From assembly GCA_965235115.1 (NCBI GenBank), contig OZ249437.1, positions 46,810,001 through 46,874,000 of the forward strand: 64,000 bases of DNA, in the 5' to 3' direction. The first letter of the stretch is position 1. Every line of letters begins with the position of its first letter. Below the pieces are notes generated by a model. That model ran no database searches and had not been told where the DNA came from. It saw only the letters and a list, made by a program, of their open reading frames with translations. Positions 24,151 through 38,579 of the stretch are shown piece after piece. The position numbers and the translations under genes were made by a program. The DNA is from Laetmonice hystrix (Eukaryota).

Positions 24151-27100
24151 GTGGTGTGTGAGGTGATGGGCACTACACCTCCACGTGGCCCATTAGATGG
24201 CTGTCTCCTTGCAGCTATGTAACCACTGTCATTAGAGGGCTGGACTGGATACGCCATCAATCATGATCTGCTACCTCTTAGTGCCACTTAGCAGCTGATC
24301 AAGGCTTGGCTGGCCACACGCCCGCCCCACACAGACTGAAACTGGTAACCTTGTGCCCAGCCCTCCCGGCCCTGTGCCTGCCGCGCCAAGGCGCATGTCG
24401 GCCACCCGGGAACGACACCCGATCAACCTGGCACAAAGACAACCTGTCAGCAACAGGTCATTTCTTACATGCTTGGTGGTGCTGCTAACATCAGTGACAA
24501 CTTCTGGGGTCCAACACCTTCCACTGATCTTAGCCTCTGTAGTGAACTCATCGAGCCACGCTAATGCTGTACCATGATGCTACTCGTCATGACACAATAC
24601 TCGCCTGATGACGGTTCACTTCACAACGATCATGTGTCTGAAATGTCACAACTATTTTCATGTCAAACGAAAAAAATCCCAGCCTTGTGTAACGTGAAAA
24701 AGACACTAGCCTCAACCCCACTCCACCCCTCCCCGATTGCTCGGGGGGGGGGATGATTGATTCCATGCCAACACAAATCATTTATCCCCGTTGCAAAGCC
24801 TCGCGCCACTGAATTTCTTTCCTCGAATTTTCCTCCCTTTTATTGAGAATGTCAGCCGCTAGGATCCCGCTGAGATGACCACGGTTATAAATCTATACGA
24901 CGATTGGGTGTGTTTCTCCAAACGACAGGGATAACCGGTTGGAAAGGTCATGTTAAAAATAAATGCGGTAATGTGAGGGTATGAAGGGGGCGGAAGAGGG
25001 GGGGGGGGGGGGGTGGAAAAGTTCAGGGGGACTGACGCTGGTTACGGCTTCCTCCTCCCCGATAAAATGTTCAACGTTCGGAGGTGTGTGACCGGGCTGT
25101 GGGCAGGCAATTATCGCCAGTCATAATGAACCTTTCTATGACCGCTGCCACAAAGCTGTCTAAAGGCGGACAGGTGTGGCCACTGCATGGCAAAGACCTC
25201 AACTGACACTGACAGTTGTTACCATGGTAACCATACAGACGCTTATGAAAGGAAGGGTCAGCAGTGAAAACGACATCAGAGTGGTCCTTCACGAATGGAC
25301 CAAGCGTATCACTTCAAAGTGGCCGGGGACCGTCTTGAAGCAGCAGCAGTAGCAGTGGAGGCGGACGCCAGCCGGCCGGCCGGCCAGCGGGGACGGTTGT
25401 CTGTGTGAGTGAGGCAGGCCCTCAGTGCAGGGGAAGCTCGTCCACCGTCCTTTATCTCCGTGTTGTGGTGGCTGCGGACACTGCCGGTTGTGAGAAACCG
25501 AGCCTCACGTTGACGCTTTGTCCCAAATTCTCATCCTGCCATCAAGGCGCATCAGTGGCCGGGAAAAGGCCGAGTCGTGGCCACTGACACCCAAACACCA
25601 ACAAAAACATCATAGGTTGACCATTGTGTGCGCCTCTCCAGGCTGGCGGGGTTCTCTGGCAGCAGAGGGCTCGTTCACTACTCGTACACTGACACACGTA
25701 CTCTACCAGACCAGACTAGACCAGTCCCAGGGAGGTGGCCATGAGGTACAGGATCACCAGCAGACCCACCCCTCTCAGCAGTCTGCCAGACCACAGACTA
25801 GACCAGACCAGACCGGACTCAGAGAGACGGTTGTGATGGACACTTCACGCTGGGAGTTGTGACACACCTTACTGACTGCCACCCCTCACCCCACCCCACC
25901 CTGCGCCTCCACTTTCCCAACCGTTTCCTATGTCAGAGTAAATGTGTGCAGTCAATGAGTAGGGCCTGACAGTCCTTAATAACATGCCATCTCCATCCAG
26001 TAAGTACTTAGAGACGTCCACGGGTTTGATTGACAGAATCAGAACACCTAAGTTGGGTGCCTGGTTCCAGGTAGTCAGCAGTGGATGTCAGACCCAGACT
26101 TGACACATACCGGCGCCGATCCCAACTAGCTTATACAGTTCAACACGATTAACCAACAGCAATCTTTACGGACAAAAATACAAGTTAATATCCTGTGAGG
26201 ACAGCTGAGCGTACGATATGACGCTGATGGCCAAGGCCACGTGTTCGCAGGTGTGGCTAATATGTTCTCTCTCCATCCACATTTCAAACGAAGACCTCGG
26301 AGGATGCGTTCCAGTGAGAGAGCTTCCAAGGACTTCCTTGGAAAAAAAAATCATCTACAAAAGCTACAACTTCGATACCCGTATAATCCGAAATAATTGG
26401 GCAGCTTAGATTTTTCATAACAAATAAATATCAATAGTTGTATTAGTGTTGCTCTCTGAAAATGATACGTTCACGACTTGAATATTCGCACTGAGCGGAA
26501 AGTGTTCCATGTTCCACGTTAATGCACCTATTAGGAGAACACTCCCCGTGGATTTCAAACAAGTCTTTAATCAGATTCATACATTTTGCATCCAGTAATT
26601 TGTTTACAACTTGTGTACTCCTTAATTGCAGGCAATATGATCAATCTGGCTGTGCCGCCGGGTATAATGAGCACCTGCTATACGACACGCAGACCTAACT
26701 GTCCTCTGTCCACTGTCACTAGCCGCCACTTCTGAAACCTTCCACCATCTCCCCCCCCCCGACTGACATCTAAAACACGACCAAACAAGCCAACAGGACA
26801 CACGTTTAGGCCGTGACTTGGCCGACATCTCGGACAGCGTTTTACAGCGAGAATACAGCTTTTGATTATTTGAAAGTCTCACAGCTCAGTTTCCCATTTT
26901 TATGGTTCCGATGTTTTCTCCCGTTCCACAGATTTCAACTTTTTGTCTGTTGGGAAGATTAGCTCTGATGAAATACAGTCAGCCGACAACATTGTTGGCG
27001 TGATCAGATTGCTGGGGTATCAAACTGCAAACGCCAAGTCTTTTAACACAGTCAAACATAAAGAGTCCGCACCTGTTGAATCAAACACATGCGACAAATA

Positions 27101-30100
27101 AAACACAATCTGAAAATCCTACTGAGCGACAATTTCGATTGTAACTCTGTAAATCTGCAATACGGACTGGGTGATGGTAACTAAAACTTGGCGTGAACCA
27201 TGATGCTGCACAGACCTAGTCCGTTTTCTCTCACCTCTTTATCTTAGGTGTTTATGAGCCTGAATATGTGGTATTAATGTAGTGTCTGGTTTGTCGGGAG
27301 AGACTGGTAACGGTACACCTACCCCCCACATCACCAAGTCCCTCCCCACCAACCAATGTGACCAATCCTAGAGTGTCTAAACAAATGATGGCTGCCGACG
27401 TCTTTCTGGTGGCAGCTGTAATTACCTTTTAGCACCGTTTTCTCTTGAATCTGTTTGACTTCGTGGCCGTGCATGCTGCCGAGCGTCAGCGCATGTAAAC
27501 ATCAATATGACAGCCTTTTACATGATGTTGACCATCCCATGAAATGGAATTACAAATATGAAGATTCTAAATTGTGTTGCTTTCCATCAGCCTAGCCCTG
27601 TGTGGCCTATTGTTTGACCTCATTACACTTCAGGCGCTGAGAAGAAAATGCCTTTTCTGCTCTGTAAACATTTTCATGCTGTAATTTCCCAAGCAAAACA
27701 GTAAAAGGACCTTTCTGACAGGGGACAGACTGGAACTATGCAAGCAGAAGGAATACAATCCTCCCATCTGACCGAGCGTGGTTATGACTAGAATAAGGTA
27801 CCAGTACCGACCACACTGCTCCTATATACATACACCTCGTGTAGCACGCCCACAACGAGCCATTACAGGCCTGAACGGACTGTCAGTGTGGGCCGCCCAG
27901 ACTTCAGGCATGGTTTCAAGTACAGGTCAGGAAATAAGCAAATCTTACACACTACACGCCGATTTCCATGAAAGACTTTATGCTGGTGTTAAATGATGTC
28001 TCAAAACGACAGCGAACGTGGCTAGGAAGCAACTTCTACAAGGCAGTGATTTTGTATCATGCAATTCTGATTTCTTAAAATAGAAAGTATAGAAAATAAA
28101 ATGCGGTCGTCATAGTATACTAGCCCGTTAACAATGTTTGATGGGAACTGGCAGCACTTAAGTTAAATCACTTTCGTCCAGTACCGTTCTGAGGCCAACC
28201 TCACGATATGTCTCTCTCTAGTTGGTGAAGCGCTTACCGAAAGCGGTTCCGACTTCTTGTCATGATTATTGCTCAATTTCATGCATGACCCTGTGCCAAT
28301 GTAGCGCACAATCACTTCATGTTGATCTGATAAGGTAGCTCGCTACCCTACCGGTTCAATGTCACCGTCAATCTACACTCATCATCAATAATAACATGTA
28401 ACATCCCATTTCAATTTAACATTTCTAACACTGTGAAAACGGCAAATCACAGTGTGAAGGCCTGGCGGAGATTTTTTCCCAGTTTGATTTAGTATTTGCC
28501 AGATTTCGTAATATATGGGCCTGACTTCCTCATGGGGAGACTGGTTCCCATTACGGCCATCCCCATTGCCCCCCACAACTTTTTCTGTGCCACATCAGTG
28601 TGACTTGATGCACACTGCATTGGGTAAAGGTTCTTCATATCTACCTCACATGGTGCGAGAAGGTCAGGACTTCTGACTCCCCGGGGCACAAGCTGGGTGG
28701 TGGGCACGGTAGGCAGGGGTAGGGGGTAGAGAAAGCACCCCCTCCTCAACTCCCCGCCTCCACCCTCTATCTATGTGGGAAGGTTAGGGAAGGCGGGGAG
28801 TTAGTAGATGCCGAGTTGTAACATTGAAGGGGCCGGTTCAAAGCAGATGGTCTGGCATGTGCTATGTGACTGGATGTACTGGCAGCCTTGGCTGGGCTCG
28901 GGGGCTGTCAGCATCTCTGATCTGCGGCCCAGATGCAGAATAAGGTTGGCAGGCACGGCCTTCAGGCCAGCACAAGTCACCACACCACCGAGCCATTGCC
29001 CAAATACATGCTCCAAACGCACTTCGGCCAATGCCCTTCCTGTTGTTGGGCCAACTTTCCCACACCCTGGGGCTGCTGGCTGAAGCCTGTGTCAGCAGCA
29101 GGGTGAATGGACTCGGGGGGGGGGAGACCATGATTTGGGAGCACTGGAGGCTGGCATCACCCTGATGTAGTTACCAAACTTTGCTTGCATTCCTCATTCA
29201 ATTGTCTCTGAGAGTGGGTGAGAGTCAGCCTAAATCGGTCAATTTTTGTCGGCCTGCATGCTTGTCTCAGTCGGCCGATGGGCAATATCATTCCTCTGAC
29301 CTTGGTCTATGCCCACTGCTTGATAGACGGTCGCAGACCCACTCAAAATGCTTCCCATCATTATCTACACACGCGCAGCAATTCTTAGCAGTTGCTATGG
29401 CAACAGAATGGGAGATGGCTAAGAGATGTGGATGTTGGAGTTGTTGGGCTAACCGGGATTGGCGAGGCTAGGCGGCCATGCCACACAAGTCAGCCCATAT
29501 CGCACCTAGTTAATTTCGCTGTCAACTGGCCCCTGCCATGCCTGACACAGAGGGCCACAGCATGGGGAAGGCGCTGCTGACAAATTAACTACAGGTGCTG
29601 AAAGTGCAATAATGAATATAAATGATGCCACTTTTGGACAGGCAGGCCGCACAGCAAGTGTTACAAATTTTGAGCCAATTTACTAAGCAGGATCCAAGTG
29701 AGTGCTGGCCAAGCCACACGGAGGTTAAAAGTCGTCAAGTGCTAGTGCCTTTATTTCCATTTCGTCGGTGTGGATGGGGATGGACGAAGGTGTGTTTTAA
29801 CACGGCTGACACCTGACATCACCCACACTTCATGATGCGAATGTCTACTAGCCTAAAGACTCCACTTTCCCCTGCCGACTGCCATGGCTGTTTTGTGAAT
29901 GCACTCCACCCCTACTTATGTTAGCCACAGCCTGCAATAAATGCCTTCCAGCCAGCCTTCACCTGTAGAGAGAACCAGCCTTCCCCAGCCGTGACTCTAC
30001 AATAGGTCATGAACTGCCATAGAAATCTCTCTATCCTTGCTATGAACAGCACTGAGCATACGGTAAGTCGACGTTTAACACTCGAGCTATATCATGCTAA

Positions 30101-32878
30101 CTCCAAACACAATCGGTGTAAAGTGCTGAACCCACCAAGGCGATTCCCCTTGCGACGGCCATGCGGTTTTTGATTTAGTGGTGGAATTTCACTCTGAAAT
30201 TTTTCCTGGCTGGCCTTCTCCGTTTTAGGAAATGGGTTACATCCTTTAATCTCAAAATTACAGTAAAATAAAAGTGTGATGTCTGCACTTTATTGTGTAT
30301 TAAACCTGAGGAATCAGTTGAATATTTTGTAAACATCATCCAATTACTGAACATGTTCCTAGATAAAGATTAACACATCGCAGTTTTCAGATTAATCAAA
30401 GCGGAACGTTCCATCGGAGTAATCCAAAGTAGACGAAATGGGGCGAATCCAGGAATGTACAGGACTTAATGTACTAAGTGCATTCATTGTTACCTTTGGA
30501 GGAATTCGAGGCACTCTCCAAACATTTCCATTCTATAAGACTTGGCCACCACGACCATGTCAATGTTTATCAGATCGGATCTGTAAAAGTGGCTGTCTGT
30601 AGCTCTATCACTGTACTTTATAAGTCTTTGAACTGCTCTCGTTATTCCCCCGCTTGAGGCACAGGTCATTTCACTTTTATTCATTGGGACTCCTTCATTC
30701 AGAAGGACCGTTGAAGCTAAATGATATCTTCCTGGATTTAATACTCTAACATTATTGGTTTAGATACTAGGCCACCTACAATGGTTTGTTTGTTTGCTAA
30801 ATGGTCTCCAGATTCCTTTTACAGGGCGACGTCTAGGAAGGTGTCAAATCAGATATTGTCACGACACAGCAGTCACTGTACGCACAAACCACTGTCCACA
30901 AGTGAAGCCCTAGGCTGCTAAATTTCCAATTAAGATGATGAAGTCAGTAATGCACAGTCCCAAGCAGAAGTCACACAAATTGTGCCGCAGTGAAAAATCG
31001 TGCCGGCCAATTTTCAAAAATTGGGCATTAATTGGGCATGGAAAGTGGGTGGCTGGAACGGCCGCCAGTCCCAACCCCTTCCCTCCTTGAATACTTCACC
31101 CGAACGCGGGGCAGGCCGGCGGGCTGGGGGGGGGGGGGGCAGGGAGCAGACAGCGCCCGGGGCGACGCGGGGCTGAGGCCCCAGCCCGTGAAATGACTGG
31201 CACCCGGACCGGCGGCCGCCAGTCAACTGCGCAGTCGGCCAGCCCCCCGGCCGCCCTCGGCCGGCCCGCCGAGGCCAGGCCCAGCTCAGTCGTGGGTCAG
31301 TGCACACCTTTGCTTGCACAGCCAGTCAATGCCTGTATGCTTTTACACTGATGTGAGCAGCTGTCATGTGGCTTTGTTTTGAAATGTCTGCTTATAAGTA
31401 TTACCGCAAAATTTAAAGTAATCTGCCAGCAGTGTGGGCCACCCACGCGGCTTGCTCAGTTTGGTGCTCCCGACTAAAGCTTTCCCGTTGAACTGTGACT
31501 TAAGTTGATGCTATGTAACGGTTCGGTCTAGTGTAGCTGCATCTTAGCCTGAAAATAGCCTCCCATCAGAAGAGGAATTATGGTCTGCACAAAGTAAGGC
31601 AATTATTCATTATCAACAGGTGCTCTGCAGCGTAAGGGGGGCGTTAGAAATGTACATAACTTGTGTAGGAGTCACCCTCACCCTCCGGCAGTCCCGGGAG
31701 TTAAACCAAACCTACGACAAGTGTCAACCAAATTCTCTGACCATAACCACACTCCTTTACCGTATATACCTCTGACTACATATCGAGGTAAACGGATAAA
31801 AGTTGACACCGTTTGACTACACCTAGTCGTAGATTCCCATACTCCCACACTCTGGCGGTAAGCTTGGCAGACAGATGGCAGTGGACAAATGTTCTACAAT
31901 ATGACAGTGTTGTCTCAGAGCTAACCGGCATCTGGGATTCTCTTCAGGGTGACAGACTACTGGGCTAGAGGAGAAAGGCTGCGGTCTCCACCCCCGCCCG
32001 CCCGCCCCAGCCAGCCGTACGTAGGGCGGGGACGGGCGGTCACCATGACAGACGGACAGTCAGTGTACCGTGGCCGACACAGTGGTGGCGCCAGCCAAGT
32101 TGAACAGTCGTCAGCCCCTCTCTCACCTTTGGCTGCCGCATGCATATTTCACAGCTACACTATTCACCTATGATCATCTATCTCGGTTCTTCCAATCGGC
32201 CGCCCAACTTATCATTGCCCACAATGTCACTTATATTGTCAATGCCTTTTAATTTCACCCTTGGCGGGCAGAGAAATGAAGTGAGAAGCGAAGTAAAGTT
32301 TGAAGTGCTAGTAAAATATATACACATGAAGTACAGGAAGATGGGAACAGTTGGTGGGACCTGGGTCGCTTCAGTAACCACAAGGGCCTCATCCCGTTGT
32401 GAGTAGTCGCAGCCATTATAAAAGGGCCAGCAATAAAAATAAGAAAAACTATGGGTAGCCTGACATGATGGATAGACGATCTCTGTGTCTATCAGCGGTC
32501 CGGTACACAGATGAGACAGGATGATATAAAGGAGACCTACACTTCAGACGCCGCCGACACATCGGAGCAAAAAGTCGGGATACACTGAGCATTACTTCTC
32601 ACTCCCTCAACATAACACAGACAACGTACCGAAAGCTTCTACACAACCTTTTCTTTTCTCTGTATAAATCCATTGACAACTGTTTATATGGTATAATCTT
32701 TTTCACAAATTATACCCACACAAAAACTCAACTGGAGTTTATCTTGGACGAGTCATTTACAAATCTCTCCCTCTTTGCCAACCTGGCCTTATTAAACACA
32801 ACTCCATTGATTTTTTTTCTTTAAATACAAATTCTAGAACATTGGTAGATGAGTGTGAGTGAATTGGCGTACACTTAC

Positions 32879-33027
32879 CTTGCCGTATCTTTGTGCATAG
32901 GACCCGGTAAGTAGAGAATGGAATATAATGATTGTCTCGTCGAGATCCCAGATGAAAACACGCTCTAGGTCATTCTCAGGACCTGGGGATGGGTTGTTCT
33001 GACGCCTTCCTCGACTCCGGCCCCGAA
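32879..33027 (-). CDS. eya: eya exon 10: (V)[52 protein letters not shown] motif I (DxDxT)
   Basis: tttcag acceptor, AAG|GTAAGT donor, 149 nt, phase 1 to 0. Confidence 0.97.
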
Positions 33028-34307
33028 CTGAAACCACAAATACAACCCTAATACAATCAAACATGTACGGAACACGCCAGAAACATTCTCTACATTTAAC
33101 CTGACATTTTTAATTCACTTGGAATGGGAGAGAACTCGAGAACAGACAAAGACATCATTTTTTTATTCAAAGTGACAGCAGACCTACTGGTGGACACTTC
33201 AGTGTTCTTGGTAAACGTTGGTAAACCTACGTCTAACACCAGCAGCAGGACCAGACTTTACAATGTCCATCTACAGCTTAACATCCTTTGTATAGACTGC
33301 TCCATAAAATGTACTGCACCACCCAGTACATGAAATTTACATCTGACTTGTTGTCTAAAGCACCACTGAGATGTGATTTTGGGGTCAATCCCTTAAACAT
33401 ACAACGCATACACTGATGAGCAAGGGTGAGTCTCATGGATGTGTTTATTTAACGGCACACCATTGGTAGGAGCCTCAGCCGGCCTCCGACAACCTCTCCC
33501 TGCCCTTTCGCCAAAGTTGGCATTCCAACCATACTGGTAGGACATGCAAAGTTTGTTCAATTCTTCCCTTCAGTCACCGCCCCATATTTTCCTGCTTGAA
33601 CATACAACAGCTAGAATCTTCGGTATGGCAGTCAGAGAGAACCTTTTTAAAATTCCTGGTATCCATCGCTGTGAATGGTGACGTTAAAAGCAACATGGAT
33701 TTAACGAAAATGTTATTGTTTCAATGGGATTGGGCGTGAGTAGGAGCCTTGGGACCGGGGTAGGTTGTCATGTGAGGGGTCCCGGCGGGCCAAGCGGGAC
33801 CAGCAGCTGGCATTCCCAGCAAGCCTGCGTTCTGAGTAAGCCTGGAGGTCGAGCATGGCCGCAAACCACGCTTACCCCCAATTTCTGGCTGGACCTACAG
33901 TTATAACCAACGACGCTGGAGTGGCGGGCTTTCTCCATGCTCTATTTTCCCACTGTTGCCTCCGTCCAACGGGCCCGTTTTCCCACACAGCCAGGGGCTT
34001 CTCTGGCCAGTGGCATCCTTAACCTCCAGTCATTAGCCAAACAAACAGTACCCGTCTCCTAGGCGTTCCTTGGCACCGACCCATCATTTGTCTAAACAGC
34101 ACCGAGTCCATGGTTAATAATCAAGACTTTCTGTCAAGTGAAAAGCAAACAGCGCTAGCAAAGTGTCCCTTCGAGGTATGCTTGAGACGTGTTTCAATTG
34201 GGCTGCCCTCGATAGATTCCAATGTCCTCTGTCACCGCCACCATTCCTGGCCACTTCACAATTTCACATCATTTATTTAGTCTGAAGTAATCGTAGGATC
34301 GTTATCA

Positions 34308-34388
34308 GGGTGAAGACCCTGACCACATCATGACGTGAGGGGTGGGGGTGAAGACCCTGACCACATCATGACGTGAGGGGGTGGGGGT
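34308..34388. repeat. 38-bp direct duplication
   Basis: TGAAGACCCTGACCACATCATGACGTGAGGGG at 34311 and 34349. Confidence 0.85.
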
Positions 34389-35846
34389 GACTAATTATCA
34401 ACGTTATCTTCCGGCCACGTCAGTCACACATCACGTCGACGTGGGAAAATGCTCCTATTTCACCCCTTCACCGTACATGGTAAATTTCAATATAAAGGTC
34501 CATATCAAACATCTTCCGGTGTCAGCTTGCCCGAAAGTTTCCAGCAAGACTCTAAAACGGCGATTTTACAAATTGAATATGCATGTAGCTGAGTGAGATA
34601 TTGGTGAACGTTGACTGCAGTCTGATCCCTATACATCCTCTCTCCCTCCGTATGCAGTAGATAACCACTACATCTGTCAGCAGGCAGTTAAGGCCTGGCC
34701 CTACTGCTCATATTGGTGATGGTCCCAGCGCCAACAGAGACAAGCCAATTGCCTTCTAACTCCATGGCGCTGAATATCACTGATTTATGAGTGAGCGTTG
34801 ACCTATCGGTCTGCCATGCACCGTCTACAAATCGCAATATCACACGCTGACCAACTCCCAATAAATGCTCTCTTTTTACACGAAATATTAGAAGCTGGCA
34901 ACGGTGGTTTGTGGACACGACAAAATCTGTATGACATTTAAATTGTCCTTCAAGTCAGACATTGGACAAGGCCAGTACAAGAACGCAGGTGTGGGCCTAA
35001 CATATTTGACGCAGACGTCACAACCACAGCGTCTGTTCTAAAACCAAAGGAGCATTTTTCTTCGAGATTATCACCTGAGTCGAGCCTATCTGACATTTTG
35101 TTGTGAATTATAAATCGGGTATTCCGCCTCCAGTCAAAGAGTAGGTCCGCACGATAAGCTCACCCTCAACGATCGTATTCTCGTATACTAGCAATTACAG
35201 TCACCAGACGCATCCACGTTTACACGACTAGGCCAAAATATAGAGTCTTTTTTTCTAACGGAGGATTTCGAAATAAATAAATAAGAAGATTATTATAAAA
35301 AAAAGCCTATAGGGAACACACGATGGCAGGTTTAAAACAAATATACGATGATTGGAATACGGTGATACAGATACTGGCCGATATTTGAGGACAATAAGCC
35401 TATAACTGAACCTTAATTAAGATGAAACGTGTCACTGGACATGGCCTCATAATTAGGTCTGCAATGGTCCTTCACATGAAGCGGGAAATCTGCATGCCTA
35501 ATAAAATGTAATACCTGCCCTTTACTGGTGCACTTAGAACTGGTATTGTGATGGCATTCCTAGGGTCAAGAGGTTACCCAGATAATGGCTGGGTCAGCAG
35601 TATGTCACCGTACCTTCACCCCTCCCTGCTAAATGTCCCACGAACCCCGGGTGGGCCAAGTTTTGTATATAATACGGGTAGACCTGGCCACCTCCTTCAT
35701 TCAGCGGTCAGTGTGTGGAGGTGGTGGGCGGCTGGCCGCTGACCCGCTAACCCCGCCGGCCGGACGGACGGGCTGGAGACTGGGCTATCCCCATGTGGCG
35801 GGGGCTCAGTGAGAGACGTTCAATGGCGCGGGCAGTGGGTCCTTAC

Positions 35847-35888
35847 CTGGATCCACTGTGCCATCCCAATCAGGTTTCCGGGTGACAC
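35847..35888 (-). CDS. eya: Candidate eya exon 9 (42 nt, symmetric phase 1): (G)VTRKPDWDGTVDP(V); may be a cassette exon
   Basis: cccgcag acceptor, strong CAG|GTAAGG donor, stop-free and frame-preserving between exons 8 and 10. No sequence homology recognised. Confidence 0.55.
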
Positions 35889-38471
35889 CTGCGGGACGCC
35901 CTGACCTCTGACCCCGGGGTCATGGCCCTGTGTACCTCATCAACCCCGCCGGGGTCATGGCACACAGGTCCACTGCTATAAATGGGGGCCACGCCCGCCA
36001 AGGAATTTTCTAAATCATCACCTTTGGTGAGAAGGGTTAATTGTAAGGCCCGTGTCCATGGGCCAGGATAGGCGCCCATTTACAGCGCTGGGGATCCCAG
36101 ATAACAACGTGTCCCACTGTTAGCATCGCTTTGCACCATACAGCGACAAATATGCCAGATATCGGGGCCGCCTAAAAAAAGAAACCGCCTAATGAGAGAC
36201 TGCCAATTCAATTATGAGCCTCCCCACTGCTCATCCGAGCAATAGCTATCAATTTGAGTCTTTTGATCCAGCTGGTTGGTGAATGACCAATCACCTGCCT
36301 CTCACGTGTGAACGTGGCACATCTTCAAGCTATCTGTACTAATAAATTTGAAGTGCTAATAAATTCACAGCCGGGTGGCCGACTTGGTTGTTTCTATGTT
36401 GGAGGGTAATGCCGGGTGAAGGAGGTGTGGAAGGTACGATATGGGATCATAATAAACATTGGCACACTTGTCATAAGCCGGGGGAGGCTGGGCCACACAA
36501 GCAGGCAGATGCAGGCCAGCCTCCCCCCACCACCACAACCCTCATCACCATCACCACCACTAACCTACAGCTGTACTCGGCTCGGCCCGTTGATCAACTG
36601 CTATCACTATATGCCCAACTGTGAATGACAAGGCCCTTTTTCCTGCCCCCAATAACAGTATGTAGCGGGGCGGGGGCCGACGTTTTACCCCCAGACGGGT
36701 TGGGTGCTGCGGCCTGGTTGGAGGCTTGTACATCATGTGGCGGCAAAGCATCACCGCTAGGTACCACGTCAAAGTCAGGAGGTGGTGGGGAGAGACAGGC
36801 GAGTTGGTTTGTAAATTATGGTTGGGCGGAGAGGGGGGTAGGAGGCGGGGGAGGAGGAGAGAGATGTAAAGATGGATCTGTCATAACTCGGCGGAGGTCC
36901 GCCTCAGGTAAGACGGATGGCGGAGGAACCTTCCACCGACGGCCAAGTCACCTTGCATCCAACTCCTCACCCGGGGGGATCCGTGCCACAACTCATGGGT
37001 CACCTCACCAATGATGCCTCAATTTGGCCGACATCACTGCCTGAATGCTCTCCAGGAGACTGCCACCCCCGACTTCACACATCGAGCCTCTCGCCTGTAG
37101 TTTATCAACTCAATCATGCTCAATCGGCATCATGTGGACCCCCTGACTGCACCTTCAAGTGGAACATTTTCTGTCCGTTCGGACTATGTGGCCTTGACTG
37201 CTGCCGCCCAGTCCAACCCCCTTCTCTCACCTACACCTATCACCTCTCCTCATACTACATGTATACTGCACCCTCTTAATATCGCAACTCAAAACATCTG
37301 CTACCAGACCGCATCAGTTTGTCCTTCATATATACACGGACAGAGTCACACTCGTACCAAGTCGGCCAGGTCTAACACTGTCATTTCATGTCCAACAAAA
37401 TAGGAAGGATTTCAGGGGGAAACTCTGTGACAATATTGTAGGGTATCTCATCACAACAACATTTTCCTGCTATCATGTTTCTTAGGATACCTGGGGGAAG
37501 AGTAGGAACGCCAAACTTACAAAACTGAAGTCATGAAAATTCGGCGACTAAAGAACTATCAGCAATCACCATTATAAGTATCACAATCAATCGTAGCTAA
37601 GAACAAAGCAAACAGATTAAAACAAAGATGGGAAGCTCAAAATAGGACAGAGCAAGAATGCCAAATTAGGAGGAAAGTGTTGAATAATATCGTTCAGAAT
37701 TTGGTTACAAAGTATCAAATGAAATGGTTGTGCAAGGCCGAAATATGAGAACCACTCAAGGTAATCAGCGTCTATAAAGTTCAAATAACCTACAACACAA
37801 GGAACGGAGCAGGAAATAATCAAACACACACGTGATGCAAGCTCCACCAGAAACAGCGTTTTTCTTGTTTAATAATTTCGGTTAGCGTAACTGTGACACG
37901 TAGCATTTAATGAGGGACAGAAGAAAATGAAACTTTGAAACTAGGAAATAATATTGAAAGATCATAATGACTTTGATAATAAGAAATAAGAGATGTCAAT
38001 ATAAATATCATTAACTTCAGGCAGACACCTAAGATGAGCGATACAAAGCAAACAGAATCACGCAAACTTTGTCCAGGACCCAAAAAATTTCAGGGACCAT
38101 TTCAATCAGTTTGATGTCAATTATCCCATTAAAATTTCAATTATGTAGCATCAAATGGAGATGTCATGATGCAATTTTTCATTTAATTAGTTCCTAGTGC
38201 TTAGTGTTCCTTCCTAATAGAAAGAATTGACTATTTTTCCAATGAGCCAAATCGCTTTCTCTCCAGAATCGACTGCAGATTTCTCAACCAGATCATGCTG
38301 CAAAGGCAGGATAAAGATGCTACGATCAGGTTACTTGTGTTCCTTCAGCGACTTTTCATTTGGCACGGCGAGTTTAGACGCAACATTTGGAGATTCTAAG
38401 CTCTACACGGTTAAGACATGAGAAAGCCATCACAACTGTTGGCCGACAAGAAAGTCATATTTTGAGCTCAC

Positions 38472-38579
38472 CCTTGGGGTCGTCGAGTGGGGAGGACCAA
38501 CCTTTGGAATTACCGTTCGTCTCAGACTTGATGGGTGGTGATGGACTGGTAGGTATGGTAGATGAAAACTGGCTCTCAA
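38472..38579 (-). CDS. eya: eya exon 8: (V)ESQFSSTIPTSPSPPIKSETNGNSKGWSSPLDDPK
   Basis: tttcag acceptor, G|GTGAGC donor, 108 nt, phase 1 to 1; SPSPPIK resembles vertebrate EYA SPSTPIK. Confidence 0.88.

Noticed and set aside
27015-27022. Isolated SIX-type site GGGTATCA
   Set aside because: About two such 8-mers are expected by chance in this window, and there is no supporting cluster.
38330-38395. Possible extra or terminal exon ESPNVASKLAVPNEKSLKEHK* just downstream of exon 8
   Set aside because: Poor acceptor (gtagagcttag), a phase-incompatible donor, no polyA signal noted and no homology.
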